Shown one piece after another: positions 63,691 through 64,000 of a stretch of 64,000 nt of DNA (the first letter of the stretch is position 1; each line of letters starts with the position of its first letter). The stretch lies in the NCBI GenBank assembly GCA_949292205.1, contig CASEYR010000008.1, positions 14,382 through 78,381 on the forward strand, in the 5' to 3' direction. Source of the stretch: an uncultured Alphaproteobacteria bacterium. Its GTDB lineage: Bacteria; Pseudomonadota; Alphaproteobacteria; CAAHEQ01; UBA3637. The notes below the pieces were generated by a model, which did no database searches, was not told the origin of the DNA, and saw only the letters and a list, made by a program, of their open reading frames with translations. The translations under genes and the position numbers were made by a program.

Positions 63691-64000
63691 TTATTTTTTA
63701 ACTCCTTTTAAGGCTTCAACAATAAGATTCATCTTAGAACCGTGTGATGATTTTACCAAAACAATATCACCATCTTGCAACTCTTTTTTCAAGATAGGAA
63801 TCAAATCAACGGAATCCTGTGTAGTTCCTCCCTGCATATACGTCGGCAAAATAGAAAAGAGGGATTGCATTAACTCTCCTGCCGTATAAACTTTATCAAT
63901 ACCGGCTTCTGTTAAAACAGGCATCAAAGCTTGATGCATCTCGACGGATTCTTTCCCCAACTCTAACATATCACCCAAAACAGCGATTTTACGTCCTCCT
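63691..64000 (-). CDS. murF: UDP-N-acetylmuramoyl-tripeptide--D-alanyl-D-alanine ligase, C-terminal part (runs off window end)
   Basis: Open frame to the window edge. C-terminal Mur ligase domain sequence, position upstream of mraY. Confidence 0.75.
   Translation of the reverse strand, partial: GGRKIAVLGDMLELGKESVEMHQALMPVLTEAGIDKVYTAGELMQSLFSILPTYMQGGTTQDSVDLIPILKKELQDGDIVLVKSSHGSKMNLIVEALKGVKK

Overview
The window reads as a low-GC, host-associated alphaproteobacterial chromosome segment. It is mostly core housekeeping, with one accessory operon that is the main item of interest.

Core genes, in order along the window:
- recG; an HNH nuclease; a lemA/TPM pair; argS; uvrA; dut.
- An H. pylori-type GT10 alpha-1,3-fucosyltransferase, ettA and an EptA-like phosphoethanolamine transferase.
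- A small LuxR-solo module with three unannotatable ORFs.
- The rpmH-rnpA-yidD-yidC-engB-mnmE-mnmG block on the minus strand.
- yceD, bamE, a putative glycosyltransferase, tRNA-Asp, glk, a GlmU uridyltransferase domain standing alone, ptsP (EI-Ntr), tRNA-Glu, czcD, ybaK, dapF and slyX.
- The alphaproteobacterial short hprK / EIIA-Man / NPr cluster, tRNA-Arg, lysS, a RumA-like methyltransferase, an XRE regulator, the suf cluster (sufB-X-C-D-S-T), a PAS-degenerate-GGDEF protein, an aldose epimerase and pyk.
- The 3' half of the dcw cluster: murF (partial)-mraY-ftsW-murG-murC-murB-ddl-ftsQ-ftsA-ftsZ, then rsmB. murD is absent between mraY and ftsW.

The main find is a tightly packed four-gene minus-strand operon at 32268..37416. 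It is driven by a near-consensus sigma70 promoter (TTGCAT-16-TATACT) and closed by an intrinsic terminator. All four products have signal peptides or signal anchors:
- a 508-aa protein with a prepilin-like N-terminus (G|RTMIE with Glu at +5) fused to a large disulfide-rich domain built on CC doublets and a 52-aa internal duplication;
- a 282-aa CC-doublet cysteine-rich protein;
- a 413-aa protein with no recognisable domain;
- a mucin-like Ser/Thr-rich protein built from two families of 39-nt tandem repeats and flanked by Cys-rich domains. It is frameshifted by a 14-nt deletion inside one repeat unit.

A second, unlinked paralog of the pilin-like Cys-rich protein sits at 50857..52020. Conserved leader codons lie upstream of its annotated ATG. 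I could not assign a function to this family from sequence.

No CRISPR arrays, rRNA genes or transposases were seen.
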